Numbered from the whole stretch's first letter, positions 48,730 to 62,384 are shown. The stretch is 63,948 nt of DNA, filler included, from Phoronis australis (GCA_002633005.1; 11 parts of 11 records of this genome joined end to end with filler, not necessarily neighbours in it), one strand, 5' to 3'. Numbers and translations are program-made. The notes: generated by a model from the letters alone, not told the origin.

Positions 48730-49765
48730 AGGGAAAGGCAACCCTTTTTATGTAATTTTTAGCAAAAAAGGTTCTTTGATTATCCCAGACATATTTTTCA
48801 CTTAATGACAGCTTTTCGTAATTTTATTAATCATTCGTCCTTTTCTCCGCGGAAGTGACGTTTTGGGAGGAAAGAATTTCGTGCCAATTTTTTTTTCATG
48901 TAATTTGACTGTGAGAGATGTCGAGTCAGTCATTGTTATACCACGGCTGTGACAAGTTCGGTCGTCGTTTGCTTTTGTTTACGAGTCAGTCAACATGCCA
49001 CACTGTTGCTGCGTACCTGGTTGTACTCATCATCGCCCAGAGCCTGTAAGCNAGCCCTGCAGCGATATTGAGTAGTGGGAGTGATTACAGGCTCAGTTCG
49101 ACACCCAGTGAAGAGGACAGTTCGTCGTCCAGTGAACAGATCGGTGAGCCAAACTTTGATTAGTTTATTGTGGACTTGTCTAAAGTGTTGGAGCTATTAA
49201 GAAGGTGCCAGGTGAATGGCGAGGGAGTCACACGACACGATGTAAGCAGTTTGGGTGCTCGGGTCACCATCCAGTGGGAGTGTGTCGCGGGACACTCTGG
49301 CAAGTGGGACAGTTGTTCCTATGTCCGTGGTATGCCGGAGGTCCACTTAACCATGTCCAGTAGTGGCTTGGCCTCGTCGAACTCTGAACAGCACAAGCAT
49401 TCCATTGAGGTAGGCATAACAACCACACAGTGCATTTGCACCAAGATGTGTCACAACGTCAGTCCTCAGTAGCCGCCTCGTTTCGCTCAACAGCTGCCTG
49501 TGCCTGTGCCTAGTCTGCCTCGTTATACTCGGGCTCAAACATGTACCCACCCACTGAATGTCCGTGAAAAAATTCCTCGTCACCACTGCTGTGAACAAGG
49601 TCTTTGTCACTCACACTACTGTCACTTTGATACGGGTCACCGACACCAGCCATTTTCAGCTTACAACACACTAAACAATCCCTAAATCCAACGTAGTTGA
49701 GTTCTCTACTAACCTATCTTGCCGCAGAATACTTGCCCATGGAAAGTGGTGGCGACAATTGTTGA
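48730..49765 (+). mobile_element. Kolobok family A deletion derivative with transposase (+) and KolX (-) remnants
   Basis: TTAA|AGGGAAAGGCAACC, same left end as 718. Plus-strand remnant FIVDLSKVLELLRRCQ..G.RVTIQWEC.AGH.GKW..GMP. Minus-strand remnant from ATG 49653: MAGVGD..GYMFEPEY..WCKC..MPTSMECLCCSE (KolX/P2X7-ballast-like Cys cluster). Confidence 0.85.
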
Positions 49766-49884
49766 NNNNNNNNNNNNNNNNNNNNNNNNNNNNNNNNNNN
49801 NNNNNNNNNTTAATTAATTAANNNNNNNNNNNNNNNNNNNNNNNNNNNNNNNNNNNNNNNNNNNNTCCAACCTGTTGTCTTTGC

Positions 49885-50755
49885 TTATCAACTATAAATC
49901 AACAAAAATTGTGGGATGGCACGGTCCCGACATCCCATTTGCCGATTAGAAATAAACAATGATTCTGGGGTGGCACGGCCCTGACACACCCTTGACCAAC
50001 TATAAATCAACAATGATCGTGGAATGACACGGTCATGACACCCCTTTCATGAACTATAAAGCAACAATGATTGTTGGATGGCACGTTGCCGACACTCCTT
50101 TGACCAACTATGAATCAACAATGATTGAGGATGACACGGTCTTGACACCCCTTTGATCAACAAGAAATCAACAAGGATTATGGGATGACACAGTCCCGAC
50201 ACCCCGTCTGCGCCCAGCTATAAATAAAGAATGGTTGTTGGACAGCACGGTCCTTACCTCCTTTGACCGACTAGAAACCCATTACAATTGTGTAATGACA
50301 CGGTCCCGACACCTCGTCTTTGCCCAACTATAAATCTACAATGGTTAATTGAAAACGCAGTCCTCAAACCCATTTGACCATCTAGAAGTCAAGAATGATT
50401 GTGGGATGACACGGTTCCGACACCCCTTTGACCAACTACAAATCAACAATGAGTGCAGATGACAGGGTCCCGGCACCCCTTTGACCGAAACAATAAATCA
50501 AACGTGATTGTGGGATGACAGGGTCCCGACACCGGTTTGAGCATTTATAAATCAACAATTATTGTGGGATGAGACAGTTCCGGCACCCCTTTGATCAACA
50601 ATAAATCAACAATCGTTGTGGAATGACACGGTCCCCGACATCACTTTGACCTACTACAAATCACCAATTATTGTTGGATGAGACGGACTCGACACCCCTT
50701 TGACCAACTATAAGTCAACAATGACTGTAGGATAACAAGGCCCCGACACCTCTTA
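49885..50755. repeat. Diverged minisatellite, ~16 units of ~54-57 bp
   Basis: Consensus CAACTATAAATCAACAATGATTGTGGGATGACACGGTCCCGACACCCCTTTGAC. Confidence 0.92.
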
Positions 50756-53533
50756 GGCGTTACACCTTGTTGGCATTTCAAAATGAGGATGAATTATACG
50801 CATGTTTTTGGAGCCAGTCACAATGAAAAAAGATAACATTTTGTCACCATTAAAAGGTCATAACCCACCTCGTTTGGCCAAACTAACGCAAAGTGTGTAA
50901 AAAATTGAATCAATTACTGGACTTACGGATTGAGTTGGCTACGTGTGTCCTCCTTTCGAAGACTTCATCAGGCCACTGAGGTGTCACGTGACTCGTCATG
51001 TGATCCACAGCAAAGCGACATGATAAGAGGATGACAGTGTTTCCCAAGATAGACACATGCACAACTAACACACTACAGTATGTGTCACTTGCCGGTGCAA
51101 CTTGTTCGTGTATGTGCTCAACTCCGCAGTCTTTTGTCTATCGTGTTTCGTGCTTTAATTCTGAAAATAAAAATATTAAATTTTAAAATCAGTTGCGTTT
51201 CAGGATCAAGGCAGCGTTGGAAGTGCAGTCGTGAAGAAGCAGACATTGACGCTACGTTACAATAGACCTTATATACCTGCATTACAATAGACCTCAGGGT
51301 ATCTTGAATGTACCACTGTACATTACAGTAGGTTTCACAGCAGTATCATGAGTCCAAATCAACAAGTGTTTCATTTGTACTTTTATCAGCAATAGTAAAA
51401 CAGTAATCAATGGATGCAACCACCCAAAAACGCAATACACAATAATACACATGTACAGACCCACACATGCGCGTGCATACAGGCACAAGCCAGGGCACAC
51501 ACACGCGTACTTCCGGCTTCCACCGTCCACTGAGCACGGTGTTTGCTAATCACTTGACGGATGTTCGTGAAATTTTGCAAGACGCGTTGTTATGGTACTT
51601 GGGACGGCAAGAGCGCGATTTCAGATCAGTTCGAGATGCCTAGTGACAATTAGCCTCAGTATCTACCGAGCTCCTGGACCGATTTTCATAAACTTTTACA
51701 GAGTCAACACCTTACAATTTCCAGACAGATTCTACGTAGACTGGGCCTCCAGTTGCCATTTTATGCCCCTACATATAAATGTGTGGTCGCATATTGTCGT
51801 CGTACCATCCGGGTGTCCGGTTGTCCTCTCGAAATCTCAACCAACCAAAATAATCGGATCTTGATAAAGTTTGGTACAGGTGTGCCAAGCATGGTCTCCA
51901 ACAATTACGAACTGCCAGTTTTTTGCAAGACAAAATAATCAACACTTACCTGCGAACAGAGAAGTAAGTGGCCCATATCAATCTTTGACGGAACGCGGAT
52001 TTATTGCCACTTGACAAAAACCTTGATTTGAAGTAAAGCAGATCTTCCTCGTGATGTCAGTACTGGCCACAATCCTCACTTTTTAAAATGCACTAACGTA
52101 CCCACAATGTGTTATAAATGAGCACAGCGTCAATGATTTAAAGTAATTTATTTCAAATTGAAACAATCGCGATGCCGTAAGTGTGGTCTATTTTATACAT
52201 ACTAAAACCCAATTTGTAGCATTTTTTCTTCAGCAAAGTTTGGAGTCAGGAAAAACAGATTATGTTTCAATATGTCTATGAAAATTGGTTCCATCACAAG
52301 CAGCATATCTTCCTGGTGGATCAAATGGCGCCGATGGCAATGACCACTAATATCACACCGGTATGGAGATGGTCACCAATTATTGACGAAGCGCCACCTT
52401 TAATCTGTGGGGTGTTGTCGTTAGGTGCACCTAAAAATAAACGTGCGGATTTATAAACTGTGTCCTTACAACGGCTCAACACGTAGTCTTAATAAACACA
52501 GCTCCAGACAGCATATGTAACTAAATTATTTGAAAGAAACTCCTCACTACAGAGCAGTGGAAATAATCAACATGGGGAACTCGAGCGAGGCCACGTGACA
52601 TCTTCAACGAGCACTTCGAAATTTAATCTCAGTGTTATTACCAATATCATTTTCCGGTAGTGACTTCACCGTTAAATTTCGAATCCGCTTCGTCAAACAT
52701 CGCCGCCTCAATTGCAAGATTTTGGTAGATCCTAAATGATATGGTAAATCCGTCCCTGGCGCCGTTTCACAAGATCGCTTTGTTTCTTATACGCTCTGGT
52801 TTTATTTGTATCATATGGAGCAAATAAAGCAAGACGGGGTATCAACTCGAAGATTTTTGTCTGGCCTTCGACGCACCTTCGCTGTACTCTTTGATAGTGA
52901 GATTACTTTCTTTGAAATGCGTTCTACCGGTATTGAAGAATAAGGTATGAATGTATAAATACACTGGCGTGTACAGATGTATTAGGAAAACACAGGAGGT
53001 AGGTTTCATCAAAGTTAGTCAGTCTGATAGGAGCCAAGACGGTCGGTTATGGTCTCTTGAGCAATGGTGCAAGAAAGGTTCCAGCAAACCCGATGCTCTT
53101 AGACTTACCATCTTGCTGTGAACCTATCCAACTCCCAGATATTCAGCATACGCATTAGGAGGAGTAGAAACACCGTAGAAAGAGACGTAATTGATATCTT
53201 TACATCATTTTGGTTTTGTGTGTTTCATTTGACTCATATTATACAATCGCGCTGCAGTGTTCACAATAGCTGAGATTCTAGAAAGGGAGACAGTCCACCT
53301 TGCGAAATTCCATTGGACGGCCACTGGCGGACATTGTTGTTTCATGGACCGTAGCTGCCGTGTACGCAATAATCAAATATGGCAACATTTGACGGCTCCC
53401 GTCGATAGAAAAGCAATGGGGCTTTTTGCAATCCCTAGGGCAGAAGCAACAGTTAATTGAAAATTCGTGACTTAGGCTTTTTTGCTTCCCCAATGATTCA
53501 AATAGGTCCACGATTGAAACGGGATGTTTCTGC

Positions 53534-53565
53534 GTGAAACCATAGATTATAGTCTATGGTGAAAC
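53534..53565. mobile_element. Probable DNA transposon excision footprint
   Basis: GTGAAAC + near-palindromic CATAGATTATAGTCTATG + GTGAAAC. Confidence 0.6.
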
Positions 53566-56500
53566 TGTTGCCAGTCAGCCAGCGATGGAGTGGGTGATTT
53601 GAACTTATTTTTTATTTTTGTTATATTATCATATATTTGTTTTTATGTATTCTTCAATTTTATTCATTATTATTTAATTAATTTTATTTATTTATTGATT
53701 CATTGTTTTTATTTATTCGCTGTTACTTATTTAAATTAGTTCTTGTGATCCCATACAGTCAACATTCTGGCTGACGTTGGTCAATAATCTATATCATATG
53801 ATCATGGTATGGACTTCAGTGCATAATAAATATTAATTGTATTTTTTGGTAACCTGCTTGATAATTTTCCATAGGAACTGTCGAAGGAAGTGTTCTTATA
53901 AAAGCATATCGAGCCTTACATCGGTGGGTACTTCGGTAATATGTGTATTACCTTGGAAACCCAGTTACACTCAGTGACGATGTTGTTTGTTTAGTCAAGA
54001 AATAAGGCGTCCTTGTGTTATTTATTTTGAAGTTGGCCTGCTGACGTAGGCTGAATATACCTTTAACTAACTGATGACGGTTGATTTAAAAATGTGAATG
54101 ATTTAGGAGAGCTGGAATGCATCGTCAAAAACTACACTAAATGGATTGTGTATCCAATAGGCATATTGGCTGTTTGATGGGTACATACAAGGAAAGTTTA
54201 CTGGAATGCAGGCAGGAATTCCATCTCTTGCCTCCAGTTTTATTCACCACAACCCACCCCAACTCGCTACTCATTTCAGGCGTACACACACCCGCTAGGT
54301 GTCGCCACGGTCCATGCCACAATAACGGCGNNNNNNNNNNNNNNNNNNNNNNNNNNNNNNNNNNNNNNNNNNNNTTAATTAATTAANNNNNNNNNNNNNN
54401 NNNNNNNNNNNNNNNNNNNNNNNNNNNNNNAGTGGCAAAATTGTGCTGTTTCGGTGGTGATCAGATGTGCATGCACGAACAGCTAAATTTAGTCGAAATG
54501 TACACGCCGCAGTTGATCACAATGACAACTGTCCTTGAACTTGAAAACCTAAAGTGTCTTTGAATCTTCAAAATGTCTGACTGTAGGCTATAGAGAATAG
54601 CTTACTGGTGTATAAATGTTGCCAAAAATGCCCTCGGAAACGCGGTCAATATCAACAAAAAGCGCACCTTGGTGGGCCTTTCCCGGGCACTAATATATCC
54701 TCAAACGCAGTTCAAAACTTTCCCTCTGGTAACATACATGTAAGGTCGCATACGATAAAAGCATTAAATTGTAGTCCGGCAATAATATATGTGGAGTGGG
54801 ACAATATATGGCGAAATAACATTTATAAACTGATCCAAATAATGATTAATCTTACACGTTCTAAACATACAGTATCATAATTATTATTTGGGCATGGTAT
54901 GTAGTATAAAACCATATTTCGGAGTCAATAATTGTTCATATTGACCACTGTTATGAGGCTACCGCATAAATGTTTCAGTATTTCTCTATAAAAAGCCTCA
55001 TTTTAGACGTGAATACACCTCACTCATTTGGCGAATGGTTGTGAGTTAAAGATGAGTATTTTATGAATTAAACCTCATCCGAAATGATGCAGTATCAAAA
55101 TAACTTTGCCAAATCTGAAAGAAAGCCACCACCTTGGGATTCAGAGTTGACGGAATGTCGTATCAAAAACGTCGGTACCGGTTTCACGTATTTGATATCG
55201 AAAATGAAGTCTATAGACAAGATAACTTTAGTAGCGTTGAGTTTCTGAAAATTTGATTTTAATAGGGTCACTGTTTTAAGTTACAGTTTGAGAGGAAGCT
55301 GTTGTAGTTCCCAGATATTTGTTTTAAGCCACTTAAGTCCAAGAACTTGGCTGTCAAATATCAAGATTTCGGCTTCATTTCAAGGACTGTTGATGTCTTC
55401 GTTTTGGCAACAAATTTATCGACTAACTGGCCTTCCAAAGAAAATCCCTGACGTGTTGAGTAGCTAGTAGAAAAATGGAACAGGAATTGCGAATTCTGTG
55501 GGAAAACCATTTTTGAAAATTACCGTGAATTCTGTGAAAATCATAATTTTACAATATATGTCGTTTTTCCCATGTAATGGAACGTCTTCTACACTAATTC
55601 ATCTGAGTTATTCATGTGCAGAAACAGGAAACATTAGAACACGTAATGAATGACATGATAAAGAGGTGGTGAAGGTTAAACAACTGATGAAAATGCATGG
55701 TGCGTCGACGTTTTGAAACGACATTTTTCAAACTCGCGAACACATCCTTCGTTTACTTTGCCTTGAATCACATACACGTGTAAGGAATTCGAAATCCACG
55801 AGGTTGTGCCATGAGTGAAAGCAGGTTCCTATGATGCAATATGCTTGTATGCACGTGGTCACGTGCCACCCTCTTCGCAGGAATGCTTCCTCGCTGGTTN
55901 CCAGCACGCAGGTATCACTTAATTTTGCTCCGCAAATTTTTGTTCACCAGCGTTTCTGATTGGCTGGTCGAATTCTAAACAGCCAGCGCTTCACGCAAAC
56001 TGGCATGAATGATGGACTGAAATGTAAATATGGTCTATTGTACAGACAAATCGGTGCTTAAAATTTATGACCAGGAAATGTGATTTCTAGAAATTTTAGT
56101 TGAGCCTTTTCGGAGTGCATCTTTCTACTATCGATGGCTTCTGTTTACGATAATGTTCTGTATTCATGCAGTGTGAATAACACACCGGTTAAATCGACCC
56201 GATGTGTGTTTATTGTACATGTACATGTGTGTGCTTAAAGCACGCGGCTATTAAACATCACTTCAAGAACGTAATAGTTGCAGCGAGGCCATTTGCATGA
56301 CAAGGCACGCCTTTTTTCAAGGTGTTGTAAATCTAACCAATGACTGCTGAGGTTACATGTGCGTCATACCTGCGTGCAGGCTAGGCACGCGACGAGGAGT
56401 GCTTCCAGACTTGCCTTAGGTTTCCTACGGTATTAACACCCCGGCCAACCCGCGATCGGGAACGACCGGAAAGCGATCGAGAACGCCACTTTGCCGCAAA

Positions 56501-57871
56501 AATGGCAGACGNNNNNNNNNNNNNNNNNNNNNNNNNNNNNNNNNNNNNNNNNNNNTTAATTAATTAANNNNNNNNNNNNNNNNNNNNNNNNNNNNNNNNN
56601 NNNNNNNNNNNAAATTGTCACGAGACTTAAAAAGTATGGCGGGAAAGGCACAGGATTAAACAGTCTTCTTAATTCATGTGGAGAATTTCTCAATTACACT
56701 GGTCACCACTGAGATTCTTAATTCATGTGGAGAATTTCTCCCTTACACTGGTCACCACTGAGATTCCCTTTTCCCTCGGAAAACTATTCAGCACGCCCTT
56801 TGTATCCAATATTGCTATTGAAACGAGAAGGTAATTGCTAGCACAACTTCTCAACAGTGCTTGTTGTTATTACACGGAAATAAATTTTCTCTGACATTTG
56901 CGCAGAGTTGCAGTCTGTCAGTGAAATGTCGATAGTATGGGTTTAATGACGATTTAAGTGTAGATATTACTTAAACGGTAACTGGGGCACACCTTAACTA
57001 TAATGGGCAAGTTTCTCAAAGACGCGGTCATTGTATCCAGGCGCCGCGCTCTCTTGAAACGGCCGCTCAGAGGAAGGCTGAAGGAGCAGCGGTGAAAATT
57101 TCCACATACCTTTAGAAATGCTCGTTTTCCTTGCAAGCGAATTATTCACGGCATGTTCCAGAAAATGATACTTACCACTAGTGCTATTAGGCCAGTGGGA
57201 TATTCAGTTTTGAAGATATACTTGCCCGTTATTGTATATTAGACCTAATCGTGAGTATTTTATACCAGCCTCTAACCTAGTTACACAGGTAGGACGTTTT
57301 GGGTAGGGGATATTTCTCACGTTAAGTAAGTTTCGCGCCTGTGGTGTCGGTGACGTGCTGGACTGTAAAGCCCGGCAAGGCACGTGTACTCAGTGGTACG
57401 TACACTACGATACTTTTTCGTTTCTACTTGTAGACGCTTGTGTAAGTAAACCAACGGATTTTAGAAAAGATTTTGCAACATCATTAGCTTATTTGCGAAT
57501 TCCACTCTGATGGAGGCTCATTTGTCCTGAACCCACGGGCGTCAGCTTGTGATCGTTTTCAAGGATCACAACTGAGCTATAAGAACGCATGTGAACCATC
57601 GGTATCTAATCTTTACTACCAGAGGGCGCTTTACAAGCTTGAGAGCGGCATGTGATCTCTGTCATCATAGACTACTTCATGTGTACTTGTGCTTTATCCG
57701 ACTATTGCCTGTCATCGAGCAAGTTATTTTGTGGACGACTCTGTTGTGGTTGAACTGTATCCGAAGACTTTTTTAAGAAGGTATGGTTGTACATAGGCAC
57801 ATCTCAATAGCTGTTCCATAATTATTGTCAGACAATGGTGACAATGATGTACTTTTGACTTTTGTTTTCTG

Positions 57872-57901
57872 AACCCGGAAGTGGCGGCATTGGCTGCAAT
57901 A
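57872..57901 (+). promoter_or_regulatory. ETS-motif promoter and possible short non-coding first exon of the 60206 gene
   Basis: CCGGAAGTG followed by ..AATAG|gtactg. Confidence 0.35.
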
Positions 57902-59215
57902 GGTACTGATAGACAGTTTCCACCGCAATGAGCTATGTATGTGATAAAATATCTTATTGGGCCAACGTCTCTAACTGGCAACAGACAGTGAAGCTTCTAT
58001 AGGAGCGCTCCTGGCAGACACGGTAAAAAGAGGAGAGCACGCAGCGGTAAAAATGGCCAGCTGACAACAGTAATACATGTGATGTCTATGCCATTACTTA
58101 GTTAGGCAATGACCATCGCCTCTGTTGGCCCTTAGTATGCCTTTATGGGCCAGTTGTTTTATTATTAGATAGTATACAATACATCGCAGGCGTTCGAATT
58201 TCCCGATGACTCAAGAAATACAAGGTTGGACACGAAGCTGAGCCCCAACTTAGGTGTCCCGTAGGCCTACATCAGACTTTCCGAAAGATGACACACTCTG
58301 CTCGTGTGAAAAACTCCAGTGCAGAGCCTGTAAGCAGCCGGCCTTGCAGCGATATTTTAACACAAACAAGTATTGCAGTACTAAAATTTCTGTAAGACAG
58401 TACTGAGAATATTGATAACGTCATATGAAACAAATCCATGCGAAGGCATTATTATGAGTACAATGCCAAAGTATTGAACGAATATGGATTGTTGCAGTTT
58501 TGGTAATATAGATTCTCAGTTCATTTATGAAATTAAATGTCTGCAACATTCAGTTGTGATGCTTAGACAAAAGTGACTGTGACATGGACTGATACTTGAG
58601 TAATCCCGAGGCTATTTCATTCTCTGTGATATTTTGGTATAACACTTAGAAAAAGACACTTTAGTGAATGAAGAAAACCTGAAATAATGTTTTTGTGTAT
58701 ATTGTATGTAAAACTAAGTTTGCTACAGTACCGTGAATGCAACACTAGATAACTAAATTTCAAATACTGGTATGTCAAATTTTGATGAAATGAGACTAGA
58801 GGTAAAGATGTGGTGAAATCCTTTGAGTCCTGACGTCATTTACACTGACCATCATAAAATGGCACGATATACCAGTAAAATGTGTAATACCGGTTACAAT
58901 ATAGCAAACAAGATCAATCGTCATTGTATGTCACAATGAACAATTTTACTTCAACAGAATTTAATGGTAATTATTTGAGCGAAGTGGCCAAACCAAAGTG
59001 TGCATGTGGCCGTAAACAGTGCTGCTATTTGTAATTTATCAACTGCCATTTCAACAAGTAAACGCATCAGATTACATAAGTTTATTTTAAGAGTGATTGA
59101 TGATAAATTGCGAACAGTCTTACGAGGGAAATTGTTCACTGTAGACCACCACAAAGAACTTTGGAGAATGTCCTCATTATGGTAACTCGACTGTAACCAT
59201 CAAGATTTTGAACTA

Positions 59216-60153
59216 CCATATTCGCCCTAATAAGCACCCATGCCTCAATAAGTGCACCCCCACGAATTTTCAGACTTTGCTAAAATAAATGCCCAGCCCA
59301 TGAACGTGTATACATGTGAAAAATGCCTTTTCTAGTTCTAAAATTCTACAGTAACGTCTTTGATTTATCAATGAGATCCGACAGTCCTGAAAAAATCGTT
59401 GTACGCCAAGTTTCTGGACCACGAGCCTCTGTGCTATGTCGATATTTAACTGTCAATTTACACTTTAAACTTCCGCAGTGTTTCAAAAAGAACTTAAAAC
59501 TTTTGCAGATCTCGCGAGGCACACGTCACCATCCCACTATGTTCTGGCATTTCAGAACAGACACAGTGTCCTTGCCTACGGGAGTGAATCACGCTCACTC
59601 AGCACACACACGCAGACGAACTTCAAAACAAACATCACGTGACAACCACGTGTGTTCGTCCAGGTTTTTTCTCGTGTTGCAGGGTGTGGTCTAGCGTAGA
59701 TTTGTACTTTAATCAATCTTTCCAACTTCACAGGAACTTTTAAGTTAAAAAAATCTTGGGGACGCTATTTGGAAAACGTAACTTAAGGAGGATTTGATGT
59801 AATTTGTTGAGTCGAAACTGTATAATTTTTATTCAAGAATTCAAGTTGCCCTATTGACGATCGCGAGGCAGCGACATAGCAGTCTGCAAGTTTTCGCCCA
59901 GGGATTTCCCACAATTTTCTGAAAAAGGATCGTAATTAATAACAACGAAGTTTGATAGCAATGCACCACAATTTTGTGGAAAGTTTGTCATAGGCTACAG
60001 ATACGTCGCAGAGCATCAATTTGATGAATCCTAGCTTCCGATTTCACCAGTTTCGGAGACCAGGTTTCAACCGCCTTAGGATACAATAAGCGCCCCCCCC
60101 CTCCTGAAACGAATTTTTCTAAGCGCCCTGGATGCTTATGAGGGTGAATACGG
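59216..60153. mobile_element. pogo/Tc2-like MITE
   Basis: TA|CCATATTCGCCCTAATAAGCACCC ... GGATGCTTATGAGGGTGAATACGG; ends 25 bp upstream of the next exon. Confidence 0.65.
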
Positions 60154-60205
60154 TTATAAAATACCTGTTGACTTGTAGGTAAAGTGATGGCCATACAACA
60201 AGGCA

Positions 60206-61288
60206 ATGGAAGGCTTTGGAAATAATCTACTTGCATGTCTTCGAGACAATGCTGTTTGTCTTCAGTATTTGCGAGAATGTGAAATAGCGGAGTGCAACTT
60301 TGTGTCATCTGGATACAGGGAAGAATGGTGCAGGTTTGATGAGCAGACAACATTAGAGGACAGTGATGATATATGCGAGTTGAACATACCATCAGAAGTG
60401 CGCCATTGTTTGCTGTCAATTGGTTCGACATTTCAGAGACTCAGAGACTGTGAACAAGCTGAAAAGAGTTTTCACGAAACTGATTATTACAGAAGATTGA
60501 GCGAAGATTATGCACAATCAAGACTGAGTTTGCAAAAATGTAATGGTGATGAAAATTCAGAGGAGTATCAATTGTATAGGAGTTACCGAAAGGGTGATGT
60601 GTCTCAAAATGTTTCACCTTCAAATGGCGTGTTGCAAGATGTTTCACCTCCAGGGTGTGTGTTGCAAGATGTTTCACTTCCAGATGGCGTGTCTCAAGAT
60701 GTTTTACCTCTAGGGTGCGTGTCGCAAGATGTTTCTCCTCTCGGTGGCCATTGGACGGAATCTGAGGAAAATGCTACAGAAACTGTTCATTGCGAACCAA
60801 CTACTGGGCTTAACAATCTGGTCAGTGGAGGCAGTTGCCCACCAAATGTGCTAGTACAAGAAGCTGGTCATTCAGAGCAAAATACCGTCCATAAGAATTT
60901 ATCATTGTCTCCTGTTGAAGTTGGTGAAGCTTCAAGTCAAACAGTCATGTGCTTGATTGCATCAGCAGTGTTTCAGCAGGATGTCCAAACCCAAACTAGC
61001 AGCATAACCGCAACGCAACAACATGCAACACAGACAGGTTCTTGCTCACACACGTGTGACGCCTTAACGCAAACCAACACAGTATTTTCACAGTGCTGTC
61101 GTTGTAATGTCTTTGCTCTTCCACTACCAGAGCAGTACGCTGTCCGCCTGAGAGAGGAAACATCTAAGAGGATAACTTTGGAACAGCTGTCTAGTATTGT
61201 GGAGCAGGAGTCTGCTAATGTCAGAATGCAGTTTATTGCTGAGCAAAATAAGACTCTAGCCTTGCAGTCTAACATAGAGGACATAAAG
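60206..61288 (+). CDS. Large first coding exon of an unidentified coiled-coil protein with QDVSP repeats and TQT motifs
   Basis: 361 open codons between a ttgtag acceptor (exon starts 60179) and an AAG|gttagt donor; C-terminal heptads. Confidence 0.8.
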
Positions 61289-61867
61289 GTTAGTGTGGGA
61301 ATATCTTTCTAGTACATTTTGCTAAATTGGTTGAATACACGACACTTAACGACCAGTGTCGTGTGTTCAACCAATTGTGCATATCAGAAAACTTGTTCCA
61401 GAAGTACAGCCAGTTAGTACATTTTGAAAAACTTTGTTTTCGGTGTTTAAAATCTCTCGTACCATAATTTCAGGTACACCCACAGAAGCAAAGATATGAA
61501 TTGCTATGGGATTTCAGGAAATAATTGATATCTGTTCTCTGCCAATCATTGACTAAAGAACATGGGATTCATGAGATGCACATTAAAATTTGTCAAGTAT
61601 TTGGAAGACAAATTTTAGCTTAAACCAATGCTGTGTTTTGTTTCAGTGGTTGTACATTGTCAACAGCTGCTACAGATAGCTTGCCAGTTGATTGCATGAT
61701 ATTTATCAATGCAGCTTGTTTAGAAGAGGCACATTTTAATAACATTGCTTTGAAAATCATAGCCTCAACAGTGACAAAAATAACTCAGATTTACACGAGA
61801 ACTTTGTTGACAAAATGGCAATTTTTATTAAAAACGGAATTTCTTCTATTCATCCAACTTGACACCA

Positions 61868-62178
61868 TTTTTATGCGCCCACATATTTATATGTGGACGC
61901 ATTATGCCGTCATCTCTGTCCGTCCGTCCGTCCGTCCGTCCGTCCGTCCGTCCGTCCGGGCGGCGTCCGTCCGGCGTCTGGCGTCCGGCGTCCGCTGCTC
62001 TATCTCCAAAACCCTTTGACATACGTTTATGAAATTTGGCACCTATGTTCCATTCATGAATGGGACGGCATGTGCGAACTTTCGGACGGATCCGACTACC
62101 GGTGTGCCCCCTAGTGGCAATTTTATTTTTTTACGCTTACCTTTGTATCTTCAAAAGTCCTGAACGGATTTTCATGAA
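61868..62178 (+). mobile_element. Helentron-type element 5' part (third copy)
   Basis: Same 5' hairpin and (GTCC)n tract; ends at a single N. Confidence 0.75.
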
Positions 62179-62384
62179 NTGGAAATATGCAGTCTTTTAA
62201 CTTGTTGAACAATTGTTTTGTTTGGCCTCCATTGAAAGTACTGTAGATGTCCAAATTCTAGTCCACAGGATGGTTAGTTATTGTTCAGAAGTTCTTCCAT
62301 GGTTCACTGATGAGTATTTTTCAACTAATTTGTTATTAGTTAAAATCACTGTAACCTGATGCCTTTAATTTTTCTTGTTGCCAG

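Noticed and set aside
50938-50980. Second hammerhead-like motif on the minus strand (CTGATGAA-GTCTTC..GAGGAC)
   Set aside because: The essential GAAA after stem II is replaced by ACAC; at best a dead remnant.
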